From the human T2T-CHM13v2.0 reference genome, Homo sapiens: 64,000 bases of DNA. Location of the stretch: NCBI RefSeq assembly GCF_009914755.1, contig NC_060930.1, one strand, 5' to 3'. The translations under genes were made by a program, and so were the position numbers. Position 1 is the stretch's first letter. Each line of letters starts with the position of its first letter. Positions 1 through 13,492 of the stretch are shown in pieces. The notes beneath the pieces were generated by a model. It was not told the DNA's origin. It made no database searches and saw only the letters and a program-made list of their open reading frames with translations.

Positions 1-840
1 TATAAAAGACGTAGGAAGGATTGGAACCAAGCTTTTCTTATACCAGTGAGTGCTCATTTGTATACACAACTATGGGATGGTAGCTCCCCCTTGGGTAAGC
101 TAGAACAAGTAGTAATGTGGGTGTGTGGAACTCTGTAGTTGATCTTACGACATGTTTTATGTTTATTATCCATTTATTTTCACTAACCTCTTCCTGATGA
201 TATTAACCAAACCTCGAATTTACAAGAAAGTCTTCTTTTCCAAGTGTGTTTCAACTGCCTTTCATTGTACCTACTCAATACTACTCTGTTGTTGTATAAA
301 GGACCACCTGATAGAAAAGCTACAGAAATGAATAAAATGAAAAAATGAGTAAAACACTTTTGTCCAAAAGTACAACAATATAAGCTTCACAACAAAAGCT
401 ATACCAAAAGAATAAGGTGTTTGTATGAGGAACTATGGGGGATGGCAGAATATGGCAAATACCCTCAGTTATCTTACCAAAACAAGTACTTAAAGATATT
501 CAAAGAGTGGTAGAGGTCATTTTCAGTTAGCATCTGGATGAAGAAAGTCAGGGGACAAAAAGTCTTGTATTAGAGGGCATATGTGAGACAGATGTTTATC
601 TGCAGGGTTTAACTCTTTTGGTTAATCTCTACTCCAGTGGTCTGAATGTAGGAAATAGAAAAGGATAAGCAAGTGAAGACTCAGAAATTCCAATGGAGGC
701 CAACTGAAAAGAGAGGGAGAGTACGGGATGGAGAGAAGGTGAGGGGGCATAAAATGGAATGGGTAGAGATGTGGATGAGGGAGGAAGAAGTTAAATGGCT
801 AAGGTGTGGTAAGAAGCAATTATAATTAACTTTTAAATTT

Positions 841-998
841 TATTTTATTATTATATTTTAACTTATATTTTAATTTCAGGGGTCAATGTGCAGGATTGTT
901 ACATAGGCAAACTTGCATCATGGGAGTTTGTTGCACAGATTATTTCATCACCCAGGTATTCAGCCTAATACCCGTTAGTTATTTTTCCTGATCCTCTC
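841..998 (-). mobile_element. Short 3' end of a primate L1 (L1PA11-13-like)
   Basis: T-rich tail followed by 'caggggtcaatgtgcaggattgttacataggcaaac...ttatttcatcacccaggtatt...atttttcctgatcctctc', the antisense L1PA 3'UTR terminus. Confidence 0.85.
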
Positions 999-1849
999 TT
1001 AAAATTTAACATCTGGGGTGGGGGCCTACAATGTGTGCGACAATACAATAAGCAAGTGAAAATGCCAAACTAGAGGAGAAAGCTCACAGCTCCAGAGGTG
1101 AGGTGGAAAACGGTTGAAAGGAAAAAATTGAATACATTGTTAATCACACATCTCTTCTTTGTCTGTGACATCAGCATTTGCTAAGCATTAAACACCACCT
1201 GTCTTAAACCTCGGCAACAGGCTGTTTGCTATACCTCCATAGGCATAGGTAGAATCACTACATTATTAAGTTCCCAAAGTCCTTGTCAAAGACAATTTAT
1301 GATTCTGGCAGCCCCCAAGGAGAGGCAGTTTTCTTATCTTGTTTAAGCAGTGCTCTCTGCTTAATCCTTTCTGTGTTTCTAATGCACAAGAAGAGCTAGT
1401 TTCCTAAGGAGTGGATTTGGTCCACTCAATTTTTAGATAATTTTTCCTTCTGGAAACAGTCTCCTTTCTGTGGTAATGTTTGAAATGGGTGCAGGAATGA
1501 GAATTTTAGATTGTTTCTAAAAGGCTTGAGGAGGAAAAACATATATATCCAAGAATCATTAAGTTTTGAATCTGGATTAGTCTGACAGTTACAAGGTTCT
1601 AGGACTGGTGAGTTCATTGTGTTACAATTGTTACCCATACAAATTTCAAGGTCCCTGAGACTGGTGAGAACAACAGTAAGACTGATGATTAAAAATTTAA
1701 AACTATTGGAAGATGGTACAGTCTATGAGTATAAGGAAGGGAAGAAAGTAGTTAATAAATTGATTGCATGAATAGAAACAATGAATATTTCTATCTGGTA
1801 AAGCATTTTATATGTATTATCTATGTCATCTTCACAACAGTACTTCAAA

Positions 1850-1975
1850 GAAAAGTCATAGTGAGAGTCATTGGAATTTGGATAAAATCAAATTAGGTGT
1901 AGGTGGGGAGATAAGTTTCAGTCCCAGGTCTTCTGATGCAAAGGCTTGTTTTTCTTTCATTTTACATTACCTCTT
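1850..1975 (-). mobile_element. MIR-family SINE remnant
   Basis: 'agtcccaggtcttctgatgcaaaggcttg...ctttcattttacattacctct' resembles the antisense MIR/MIR3 5' end. Confidence 0.45.
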
Positions 1976-4900
1976 TAGTAAGTTACCAAGAGAACAAAGG
2001 TGGGAGATCAAGTAATGAGTTTCTGCTGTGTCATTGCACTGGCACACTGATAGAGAAAGCCTGACAGTGTAAAATAGGACAGAGTAGGTGAAATAAGTGG
2101 TTGGAAATGGTAGGATATATGCCTAAGGCTATAACAGCAGACATCAGGACAGCATTGAGAATTGGACCAAGGGCCTAAGCAAACACATTTCATTTTACAA
2201 GTTTTACTCAGGCAGTACCTATTAAATATTGGTGAGTGTATTGCAAGAGTATTCCTGGAATCTTCTTGGACTAATAATATTAAACATGTCAATAATGTTA
2301 TTCGAACAAATGATCAAGCTAGGGAAATAGCACTTCCATGGTATTGGCCAGCTTCCTCTCTTCCCCCTCACTCTAGCCATAGAGTCAGAATGGGAGATTT
2401 ATCTCTTAGCATGACTCTGATTTCCTGATCAGAGATCAGCAAAGGAAGGAGTGGGCCCCTTAGCCATTGTGGGCAACTCCTAGAAAAACACACACATACA
2501 CCCCTAGGCATTCCTTTCAGGTTGCCGGAGACAGGATGGAAGATGTGGGGAAGGAGTCCTTGCTACATTCAGGTCCCTAGTTTGAGGGATTTGGCTTTGT
2601 TACTGCCCTTCCTCTGGCTTGGTTAGATTAATCAACACTTCCCAAAGGTTCTATCACTTATGATTAAAAGTACCCTGACTTATATAATGACCAAAGAATT
2701 TCTGGATGGAATATTTCAATATAATTCAAAGGTAAATGATCTTTGTTAATTTCCTATTGGATATGTGTTTCAGCCAGAACGAATAATTTACATATTTGAT
2801 TAAATTCAGGTAAAATGTATTTCAAATACTATATCACCTAGATTGTCTTATATATTGCTCATATTTTAAATATCTGCCTCCTGAACAGAATTTTGGGGTT
2901 TTCATCATAGGGAAGTTAGATAAACAACTTATATTCTAAATTCCACAGATTTTGGTAATCCTTTCCCCGTAAAATAAATACCACTGCATTTAGTTGCTTT
3001 CTTATGAAATTACAAAAGGCAGCATAAAACGAATGCATAATTTTAAATATAATAGCTCTATGAGAGTATTGAATAAGTAATATTTTCTTTTCAGATACTA
3101 GTACCCTGGGATCTTTTAAATAAGAAAAACAATAATACTTTTATCATAGACTGAAAAACTGTTACTCTTAAAGATTGAAATTAAAAATGGTAAGGTGATT
3201 TGAGAGTTAGATGGAAGCTATTTAGTTCCTTGTTTTTTCTAATTACACACTGCTTTTTTAAACTCAGCAAGACAGTTTACCTTTAGATGAACTCCATTCT
3301 TTTGTCCTCAGAGACTAGACATTTATGAAAACTAGGAACAAGGGTCCCCTTAGTTAAGTCATGGCAGCTCTGGGTGGAATTCCTGATTATTGGGTAATTG
3401 TGCAACTCTAGAATAACACAGAACAGTTCATCACTGTGACCTTCAAGCCCAGGAGAAAATTATAGCACAATGTGGAACATTTTCTCCCATTTAGATTGAC
3501 TTTAAAAAATCACTCTCCTAGTTGCCAGTTGCAGAAATTAACAAAAATGTGCATTATTTGTATGTATTTTAGGAAATAAATGCCAGAAAATGGGATATTC
3601 AAAAAGGTAAGGCAATAGGAATAGGTTCAAGCACCTTAAACTACATGACCAGATGTGGTGAGATTTAACTAAAATGGTTGAATTTGTCTTTCATTTGGTA
3701 TTAATTTGTTTTCTAGCCAATACCTTTTCTCCTATCTCCAGAGAGCAGAATAACTGTCTAAGTATAGCATTTGCTATGTTCTGATTTTGCATGCCTGCTC
3801 TCTTAATTCCAGGTGAGCTGATCGATTGCCCACATTTCTGCAAGTACCAGGACAAATCCTATGCCTAAACACAATCTTGCAGTAGATTTGGCTGAGCAAT
3901 GCAGGGTAATAAAAGTAATGAGGCCATTGAAATCCCTTTAGCTTTGTGCTGATGCCTGGAAACTGTCATTTATTTTGTAGTGCCTTTAATTGAGAGAGGT
4001 TTTTTTTTTTTAATTCCACACAGTAATTGGTACTACATTTTTTTCTCATATAAAAAATAATAAAGCTATATATCTTGCTTCCTGACTCTTATCAAGCATT
4101 GGTAGTTTTTGATGTACAAAATATTTTATTTTTATTTATTTTGGTATTCTTGTCACAAAAAAAACTTAAAGATATTCTTTGATATAGCCAAAAAGAAAAA
4201 AAAAGATAAAGGCCAGTTCTTGTGACATTTATATGCATGAAAAATTGCAAACCTACCTCCTTCAACTCAGAAATATTCCACTCTTTGCAGTGCATAATAC
4301 AGACTCTCTAAATATAGGTGAATAATAAATGTGCATCATTAATAATTAATAGGATTGTAACAAAATACAGTATCAGCATAATCTTCTAAGACATTAATGG
4401 CTACACGTTGCCACTTTAAATAATAGCATGAAAGGCAATGGTGCTCTCTGATATGGATTTGCTATGGTAAATGAGTTTGTGTTACTGTATATATTTTGTT
4501 CTACATACTGAGTTATCAATAATCATCTTCATGCCTCTCAAACGGTCGCACAAGCAGGAAAGGAATAATTGCTACTCTTCATGGAGCCAGCTTATTGATG
4601 AGGTGGACACAAGTAATATTTTTAGCCTGCTGGCTGTCCATCTGTAAGGAGTTTCCTGGAGCTGTCACTTCTCCTTTCTCTGGAAACTGTTATGGCTTTG
4701 TCTGCCCAAGGGAAATAATGAGATCCATCTATCAAGAAAAAAATAAACAATAAACTCTATACCTTCCAATTAATTTGTTTTCACCTATGTTTACCCAGGT
4801 GCATTCAGTTAACCATCCATCATGTTCTATGCATGTAAAGAAGTGCATTTTTCAAAAGGTTGAATCCATTAACCCATTTGCTAAGTAAATATATAGGCAC

Positions 4901-6144
4901 CCTTTATAGCTAAATCAGGGACTTGTAAAAATCAATCTTTTTGGAGAGCTCATAAACTCTAGCTCTGTCTTCCCTAGCATGCCCAGTGTTGATAAATCTG
5001 CAAGCTTAATGTGAACCAAACAGGTTGTTCTCATTCATCCCTCCAACTACATGTATGTTTCTTTTTAAATTTGTCTTTGATTTTAATGCCACCCTAACAT
5101 TTTCAGAAATTGGTTGAATGCACAACTTAAATCCGCAGCTTCAATTTGATTAAGAATTTGTTAACAACAATTTAGTGGGAAATGGTAGTGTATATCAGCA
5201 ATCAAATGGCATCTTTTTCTCCTTCTCCATTAAAAAGTATATATTTTTCGAAATAGAAGACACTAAAAAAATGACTCAGGCAGTAATTTGTTCATAGGAT
5301 TTTGCTGACATTTATAAACTATTTGAGCTTTACTGCTGCCTTGTTGCTGGCAAGAAGCGTCAGCAGTGGAAGTGTTCCTGGAGTTAAATGCCCTCCTCTT
5401 TTTTTTTTTTTAATCCATCTGTACTATCAAAATAGACAGCCACTGTTAAATAAACACTTGTCAAATGCTTTAAAACCATGAAGAATTGTGGCAGAGTATG
5501 CTCAAAGTCCCCAATTTAAAAACAACCAGTGTTCCAGGACTTCATTTGTAAAGAGAGTTGTTTGAAATATAGAACCTAAAATCCTCAAAATGGTGGTAAA
5601 ATGCCCAGTTTAATGCACTAGGAGTATAGAGTATCAGAGATTTAAGATTATGGAGTGACTTACCCAGTTCTTGCTTAACTCAACCATTTGTTACAGATAT
5701 AAGGAAAAAGAAAATTAGGTATTTGCTCACAAGACAACTGCAAAGAAAACAGCAGTTGTAATCGTGATTGTTTAAACAGGAACACAATGAGATTAGATAA
5801 TAGTTATATTTCTACCTAGAAAGCTAGTACTTAGAGAGAAAACAGGTTTCCTTAGAGAAATATGAAGGAAATAATTGTGTTTAGGAACTCTGAAGAAAAC
5901 TTCTAGAAATGTTTAGTGACTGTAGAAATTGAAAGCATTGTTTATTATGTGACATTTAAGTTTTGTTTTTTTTTTTTTTCGGTTTTAGGCATATAACTCA
6001 GTTATAATTTCTATAGAGAATGAGAAAAAGCTTATAGAAAAAGCAAGAGGGAGTCATGAGGAAAGAAAGAAAGGCTAAAAATATACAATAATTAGAAAAA
6101 TTATATGAAGAAAGAATGCCCATCAGAAGCGTGAGAGTGAAAGT

Positions 6145-6355
6145 ATATTGTGAGATTATTTAGCAATGAGTCTAGCAAATTTAGCCATCTATTAGTTCAG
6201 AGACATTGGACAAGTTCCTGACACTCTTAAGCTTCTTAGAGTTCCGTATGCCTCTGTTTCTTCATTGCAAAACACATCCAATATTAGTAGGCACCTCATA
6301 GGCTTGTTGTAAGGATTTCTGGGCACATTGCTTGCCCTCAATAAATGTTACTTAT
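6145..6355 (+). mobile_element. MIR SINE
   Basis: Core 'ttggacaagttcctgacactct...gcctctgtttcttcattgcaaaa...cacctcataggcttgttgtaaggatt...ctcaataaatgttac'. Confidence 0.75.
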
Positions 6356-6384
6356 AATAGTCAACATCTAATTCATGGTTAAAT

Positions 6385-6696
6385 GGGTGGTCAGAAAACA
6401 ACAACTGGAGAGCCACACTCAGTCACCTGTTTTTTGTATGACCCTTGAGCTAAGAATGGTTTTTATATTTTAAATGAATGGAAGAAAGAGAAAAATAATA
6501 TTTTGTGACACATTAAAATGATATGAAAGTCTATTTTAGTATTCATAAATAAGTTATGTCAGAACATAGCCTGCTCACTCATTTGCATATTGTCTCTGGC
6601 TGCTTTCTTGCTACCGTGGCGAAGTTTGCTGTCTGTCCTGCAAAATCTAAAATATGTGCTTTCTGTTCCTTTACAGGAAAAGTTTGGCACCCCCTG
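6385..6696 (+). mobile_element. MER58B-like hAT-Charlie non-autonomous DNA transposon
   Basis: 'gagctaagaatggttttta...ttttgtgacac...cactcatttgcatattgtctctggctgctttc...cctttacaggaaaagtttggcacccctg'. Confidence 0.8.
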
Positions 6697-7019
6697 GTTT
6701 AACAGGACACATTTGAGGGTGAATGAGGGTACTATTAATAATAAGTTAGGACAACAGGCATAAGCTGAGAATATATTGGGCAAGCCAGTAGGTTTGATCA
6801 CCCTCCATATATTATGCACAAGAAGAAATAAACATATTAGAATGGAAAGTGGTAAAAAAAAAACTGACAAAGAAAAGGGAGCATTTTGTGCAAATGACTG
6901 CAACTAGGAAAATTTGTTAAAGTGTAAGTCTTACGTTTTATCTCCTTGTGTTAAATCCACTATCAATACCAAGCACAAGTAGAATAATATCCAGACCCAT
7001 TCTCTACAAGCTTCTATGT

Positions 7020-7378
7020 AATCCCATCCTTACTTATGTCTTGGGCACCTTCTCGGACAGCTTTCTCCTTTGTTCGGTTATGCTATAGTCACACTCACTT
7101 TTCTGTTCCAATAAGATACCAAGCTGGTCACTATCTTAGGACCTTTGCAAGGCTCCCTACCTGTAATGCTCTTAACAGACTTTAAAGTCTGACCCTTCAC
7201 CTTATCTAACCCTTACACCTGTCACCATCCTCCCTTCCATTATCCCATCTTATTATCTCTTTAGAACTGTCGCTCTCAGAAGCGTAGAACCTAAGCTCCA
7301 CAATAGCAGGGATTTTTGTGTGCATAGTGCCTACTACAGTTCCTGGCACAGAGTGGATATTCAGCACATGTGAATGCA
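7020..7378 (+). mobile_element. L2 LINE 3' fragment
   Basis: 'taagctccacaatagcagggatttttg...agtgcctactacagttcctggcacagagtgg...tgtgaatg' L2 3' terminus. Confidence 0.65.
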
Positions 7379-9994
7379 TCCGCCTGACTCTGTTGTATTA
7401 TTGCCACTCCTTTTGTGTCGAGTGCTTCAGAGGTTCCATCCACTGCTCTTCACATCCTGAGCTTCCATTTGGTCTTTGGCTCTAGGTTGGCAGTTCAGCA
7501 TTCATACAAATTTTAGTCTTGATCTCTGCTCTAAATGGACTCTCTGGGTACAGAATGTGACATCTCTTTGTTTTTTTCCTCCCATTTTCACATTTTGCTC
7601 CTATTATCTTTGCTTATTTGTGTCTAGAGCTAAGCAGCCCTTTTCTGTCATGGTGTTCATTATTTTATATTCTTCATATAATGGAGAAGCAGAGTACCTT
7701 GTGAAACAAATAGTTTCCTTGTAGCTTATGCTGCATTGTTTTCAATTTTTTTGTCTATGAGTGTTTCCAAAGTTCGAGTATGAACTACTTGTGGGCAGAG
7801 GCCATATCTTTTAAACTGTATTTCTTTGTACTTAGTACAACATCAGAGCAGGCAAGGATGTGCTCTCGAGAAATATCCCTGAATGAGGAGTATGGTTAAC
7901 TCCACTGCTGTGTGGGCTAATGGACCAAGCATCAGAAGAGACAATCACAATCACATTTGGCTTTCAGAGACACCTTGATCCTGTTATGCCTAGGGCCTAT
8001 GCCAGTCACAGGTGTATTTTATTGGCATTTTCGTAGGTGCTTGATTTGCACTCTCAGAGCACGTGTAAACCAGCCTGAATCAAATTAGCCTCTATGCAGT
8101 TGTTAACAATTGATTGCAGAGCCTGAGAAAAGAGGAAAAGTTTCTTGTATATACCACGTCCTCCACCCAGCTAGGATTGAAGCTGCATAGAAAAGAGAGG
8201 AGAAGCATAAAAAAGCACAGGTTGGGGCAGTGAAGTCTCATCCAGCCTTAGCAGATACAAGCAGAAAGCCTGTGTTCCATTTTGTACACATTTAGAAGTT
8301 CAGCTTAACTTCACAGTTTCCAGAAACAGAACTGGAACACCGTTCGCCAAAATGTAAGTTATGTCTGCCATGTTTAACATATTTGCTATAAATCCATTGC
8401 CTTGAATAGTAGAGAATATTTATTGCATGAAAGGATAACTTTTTCCTTGTTTGCTTACTCATCTAGTAAAGTTTAGCAGACTAGGTACAACTTAAATTTC
8501 ATCGTCAGTGTTTAATTATAAAACTTTAAGGTACAGCTTTAAAAAATATAAAACAATAGAAAAATTGGAAAATATGCAACACAATGTTCTTTCTGTGATA
8601 TTGTCAAATGCTTTGGCATAAAAATATTCAGCCACTAAAAATAAAATGTCATCCAGCAATGGAAAAATACTACAATACGAGAAAAAATGATGGATAAAAA
8701 AAGAGCATTGCTATAATGATTAATGATAATATGGCTTTTTATTTTAAGTACATGCAGTTTAGGAGAAAGCTTTCAGCATGTATAACATGTTGAAAATAAG
8801 TGTTCATGTGATTTGATCAAAGGGCTCCAATCTCTGAGAGACAGTAAATAATACAGTATTTAGGAAATTGCTTTAAATATTTATTTCTCTGATTGGCTAA
8901 GATTGCTCACAAATTGCAGCATGTTTTGGATATTGTAAAAGCAAGTCTGAATAACACATGCATCTTGAAGATAAATAGGAGTACACCACCATATATGTGC
9001 TGGAGTTGGGGAAAATATTCTCAGTAATAATGACATTCTCAAAGGTGTTTTTAATGATTGACTCCTAAACAGTTTACAATGTTATTATATAATCTTTTTT
9101 ATTAACCCTTACAGCTATTTTATGGGAAAGGTGGGAAGCAAGGTATCTTTTCAAAACTTTCTCAAAAAGTCTTCAATTTTTCTCTTTCTCTATATTTTTA
9201 TCAAAAATTAGACAATGCATGTGATTCTGTAGGGGGATTCCATTTGAGATGTAATTTAAATGATGGAAACTTTCTTACACTATGAGTGTCTTATGAAAAG
9301 GCAAGAAGTCTTGGTATTCAAAGAGAGTAAATGCAGAACTGTTCAAATATTCCTTCCCTCTCTACTCTTTTGATCCTGTCATGTTTTAACAATTTTTAAA
9401 GGTGATTTAAACATTGGGGGATGCACTACCCCTAAGCACTGTCTGTTTTTAGAGTACTCATACTGCTTAGCAACCTTTGACAATAAGCCATACCAAAGAA
9501 GAGATCTAGTATGAAAATCTCAGAAGTGAGTCCACAAATACACATCAAAAATAGTAATCTCCAGAGCTTTTAAAAAATACTTTTTCACGTAAGAAAACTT
9601 AGAAATGATATCTGTAATTAATCCTTGCCCTTTAAAAAATGTTCTTCATTGATTTATCATTCTTAAGATGAGCAAAGTAGAGCTAGAGATAAGAGAATGG
9701 AGAAAATAACAAAGAAAAAGAATGTGTGTTTTAACACAAACGTGGTGCAGAAACTGAGATATCTTTAGCAATGGGAACATTTTTCTACCAACCAAATAAA
9801 ACCAATGTTATACTTTTAAAACCGTTTCTTTCAATCTGTTGCTCAAGTAGGCTTGTTCATTACAATGATACGTAAATATAAATAAAAACTTAAGTATAAA
9901 CGTGAAATTTGCTAACCTATTTTTTTCAATTAAGTTTATGGCCTACATTGTTTTGTATATTTAATATAGTGTTTAAGATTAAGAACATAATGTT

Positions 9995-10170
9995 TTAGCA
10001 TACCTTCTTAATGATGGAAATACCATTTATTGTTATATAAACCCCCAGTATAGGACATTTTGTTGATATTATAAATATTGTGACAATGAGTAGCTTCATG
10101 TCTGCGCATTTGCTTATGTCTCAAAAATATTTTATATTTCCCTAGAATAGAGTTCCAGGAATAGCTGATT
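9995..10170 (-). mobile_element. Old L1ME-type fragment, interrupted by the following Alu
   Basis: Degenerate antisense L1 3' region ('ggacattttgttg...atttccctagaatagagttccaggaatagc'), resuming after 10472. Confidence 0.45.
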
Positions 10171-10173
10171 TCA

Positions 10174-10472
10174 GTTTTTGTTGTTGTTATTGTTGTTGTT
10201 ATTTTGAGACAGGATCTCACTCTGTTGCCCAGGCTGGAATGCAGTGGCACGAGCATGGCTCACTTCAGCCTTGACCTCCCAGGCTCAGGTGATCCTCCCA
10301 CCTTAGCTTCCTGGGTAGCTGGGATGACAGGCATGCAGCAGCACGCCTGACTAATCTTTGTATTTTTTGTAGAGACAGGGTATTGCCATGTTGTCCAGGC
10401 TGGGCTCAAACGATACACCTGCCTCAGCCTCTCAAAGTGTTGGGATACAGGCGTGAGCCACCATATCTGGCC
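10174..10472 (-). mobile_element. AluJ with (TTG)n-derived tail and small internal deletion
   Basis: 'gagacaggatctcactctgttgcccaggctgg...ggctcaggtgatcctccc...gtgagccaccatatctggcc'. Confidence 0.93.
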
Positions 10473-10671
10473 AGATTATTGGTAGTGAATCCTCTCTATG
10501 ACTTTTGACTGATAATTCCAATTTCTATTCCAAAATAATTTTTATCATTGGCAGTGTGTGATAGTACATACTTAGTGGGTTTCTCTATGGTAGGCACTCT
10601 TGTGAATGAACTTTTATGTAAATTAGCACATTTAATTCTCAGAACAATTTTTAAGATATTTGGTATTATCA

Positions 10672-10952
10672 GGCTGGGCGCGGTGGCTCACGCCTGTAAT
10701 CCCAGCAATTTGGTAGGCCAAGGAGGGTGGATCACGAGGTCAGGAGTTCAAGACCAGCCTGGCCATCTCTACTAAAATTACTAAAATTACAAAAATTCGC
10801 CCGGCATGCTGATGGGTTCCTGTAATCCCAGCTACTTGGGAGGCTGAGACAGAGAATTGCTTGAACCTGGGAGGCGGAGGTTGCAGTGAGCCGAGATCAT
10901 GCCACTGCACTCCAGCCTGGGCAACACAGTGAGACTCCATCTCAAAAAAAAA
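10672..10952 (+). mobile_element. AluS (Sg/Sx-like) inserted in a minus-strand MIR
   Basis: Dimer 'ggctgggcgcggtggctcacgcc...actccatctcaaaaa' with a ~16-nt deletion near 10764; degenerate TSD tat(t/c)tggtattat. Confidence 0.95.
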
Positions 10953-11631
10953 ATTATATATATATATCTATCTGGTATTATTCTCATTATGGAAAAAAAT
11001 TAAAGACTTGAATTTCAAGAAATTGAACTCCAGAGATGAGATGTAACTGGCCCAAGGACACACAATTAATAAGTAGTAATCAAAGTACTATGTTTTATGT
11101 CTTCCTTAATATTAGACAAAATAAAGATCATTTTGTGAAGTTAACAGGGGAATAATAGCTCTATGTTGTTTAAATCTCATTTAATTAAATGATTTAATTT
11201 AGTCATTGATCACTGATGAGACTACTAGTTCTTTCAATCTTTCTTTCTTTCACCTTCTCTTTTTTCTACTGGATTAGGTACTTACCTCATGAATTTGTTG
11301 TGGGGAGTAGAATTAATATATGTAAAGGATTAGCCCAGTGGCAAGCATGGTCATTTAGCTATTCAATGAATGATAGCTTTTAATACTCTTATTTTTAGCT
11401 AGTTACTGAGAGGGTTCAGACAAAAATCCAGAACTATATATTTGGTTTAGTAATTTTTTCTGTTATATAAATCTTTTTCTCATTATAAAGGAAATCAATC
11501 CTAATTTAGTATATTTATTTGAATATATAATTGCTCCTAGAAGTAGCACAAACTGACATAATTAAATGTGATTTCAGGAATGGAATTGAGCAGTATTATA
11601 AACTGTTTAAATCTTTCATCCCTGGCAATAA

Positions 11632-11974
<343 letters not shown>

Positions 11975-12972
11975 TAAAACATATAATGTTAACTTACATT
12001 ATTTACATATGATTACAGATTATTCACATATAGAGTAATATTTTAAATACTTTTCTTATTTGCAAATATTACAAAAATATTTGTGCTTTTGCTAAAAAAA
12101 TGTGAAATTTTGTTTTGGGAATAACCATATTAAATGTGATTAGATAGTCACAATTTTTACCTTGTATTCTGGCTGGCAAGTCACTCCTAACCTCCCAGTT
12201 TCTGTTTCATTTGCTTTACTTATATTACTTTCATTCTGTGGGTTTTTTTTTTCCAGAAACATTTTAGGCCATTTTTGAGGGTGAGATTAGTTAAAACTAG
12301 AAAACAAAATCTCCAGATCTATTTCTCTAGGCAACGGTAAACTGAAAGATGTCCAGATATGCTAGACTTTAAGAAATCCACTCTTTTCTCAAGGTATCTG
12401 TATGTGGTAACATTTGACATCTGGGCCAAGTGAACAATGCCAATTTAGATATGAATAATATATAATTATAGTGTCGTTTTTGTTTTAACTATTAGCCACT
12501 AACAGCTTGCAACAGTTTCCAGTGTTAGCAGCCTAGGAAGAAAAATACTCTTTTATCTTGTTTTCTGTTTATTGCATTCTCTGCTACCTCTCTTTCAGGT
12601 TTTATAAGAGGGTATTTATGGCTGTTGCACCTGTGACTTTGGTTGTTCCTGCTGGGTTATCTGCCTGGTTTCAACCAATTAGTTGTCTATCTCTGGGCTT
12701 GAATCTGGAGGTTTATCTATATCTTCAATGTGTAGTAGGCCCTGGTACTGAGTTAGCTGTTCTCTTTCAATGAACAGAAGAGTGGACCATGAAAATCCCA
12801 CAGATTGACTTTTATGTGTTCATATTTTCTGTCGTCCCACAAGCACTTTTTCTCACAATGTAACACAAAGTACAGCCTCTTGTTTCCACAAAGGTAAAGA
12901 TTTTCACAGTATTTCATTTAGCTTTCTAATCTAACGCACCTGCTTTCTCTTTTCTTCATCTATCAGAAAATT

Positions 12973-12999
12973 ACACACACACACACACACACACACACA
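12973..12999. repeat. (CA)n microsatellite
   Basis: Direct reading. Confidence 0.95.
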
Positions 13000-13132
13000 A
13001 CACTCAACAAACTGAAAAGGTCCAGTGATTCCACTTGATTTATTAAAATATGCACTCACTAGCTGCCTTTCCATATGTGACATGCACGCACTGCAGTTCC
13101 CGCTTACCCAGGCCTATGAAATGCTAACCCTG

Positions 13133-13492
13133 TGCTACAGTCTGAATGTGTCCCCCAAAATTCATATGTTGAAACTTATTGATAGTATTAGATGGTGGTG
13201 CCTTCAGGAAGTTATTCACTCATGGGACAGAGCCCTCATGAATAGGATTAGTACCCTTATAAAAGAGATGTGAGGGAGCTATTCGCCTCTCTGCCATGTG
13301 AGAACACAGTGTTCCTCCCATTTTGCCCTATTTCTGCCATGTGAGGATGCAACAAGAAAGCCCTCACCAGACACCAAAAGTTGGTGCCTTGATCTTGCAC
13401 TTCCCAGCCTCCAGAACGGTAAGAAATAAATTTCTATTGTTTATAGATTACCCTGTCTCAGGTATTTTTAAAGGAGCACAAATGGATAAGAC
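13133..13492 (+). mobile_element. MaLR solo LTR (MST/MLT1A class)
   Basis: TG...CA ends; 'tgaatgtgtcccccaaaattcatatgttgaa', 'ccttataaaagag', 'cttcccagcctccagaac...aaataaatttctattgtttata...taagaca'. Confidence 0.9.
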
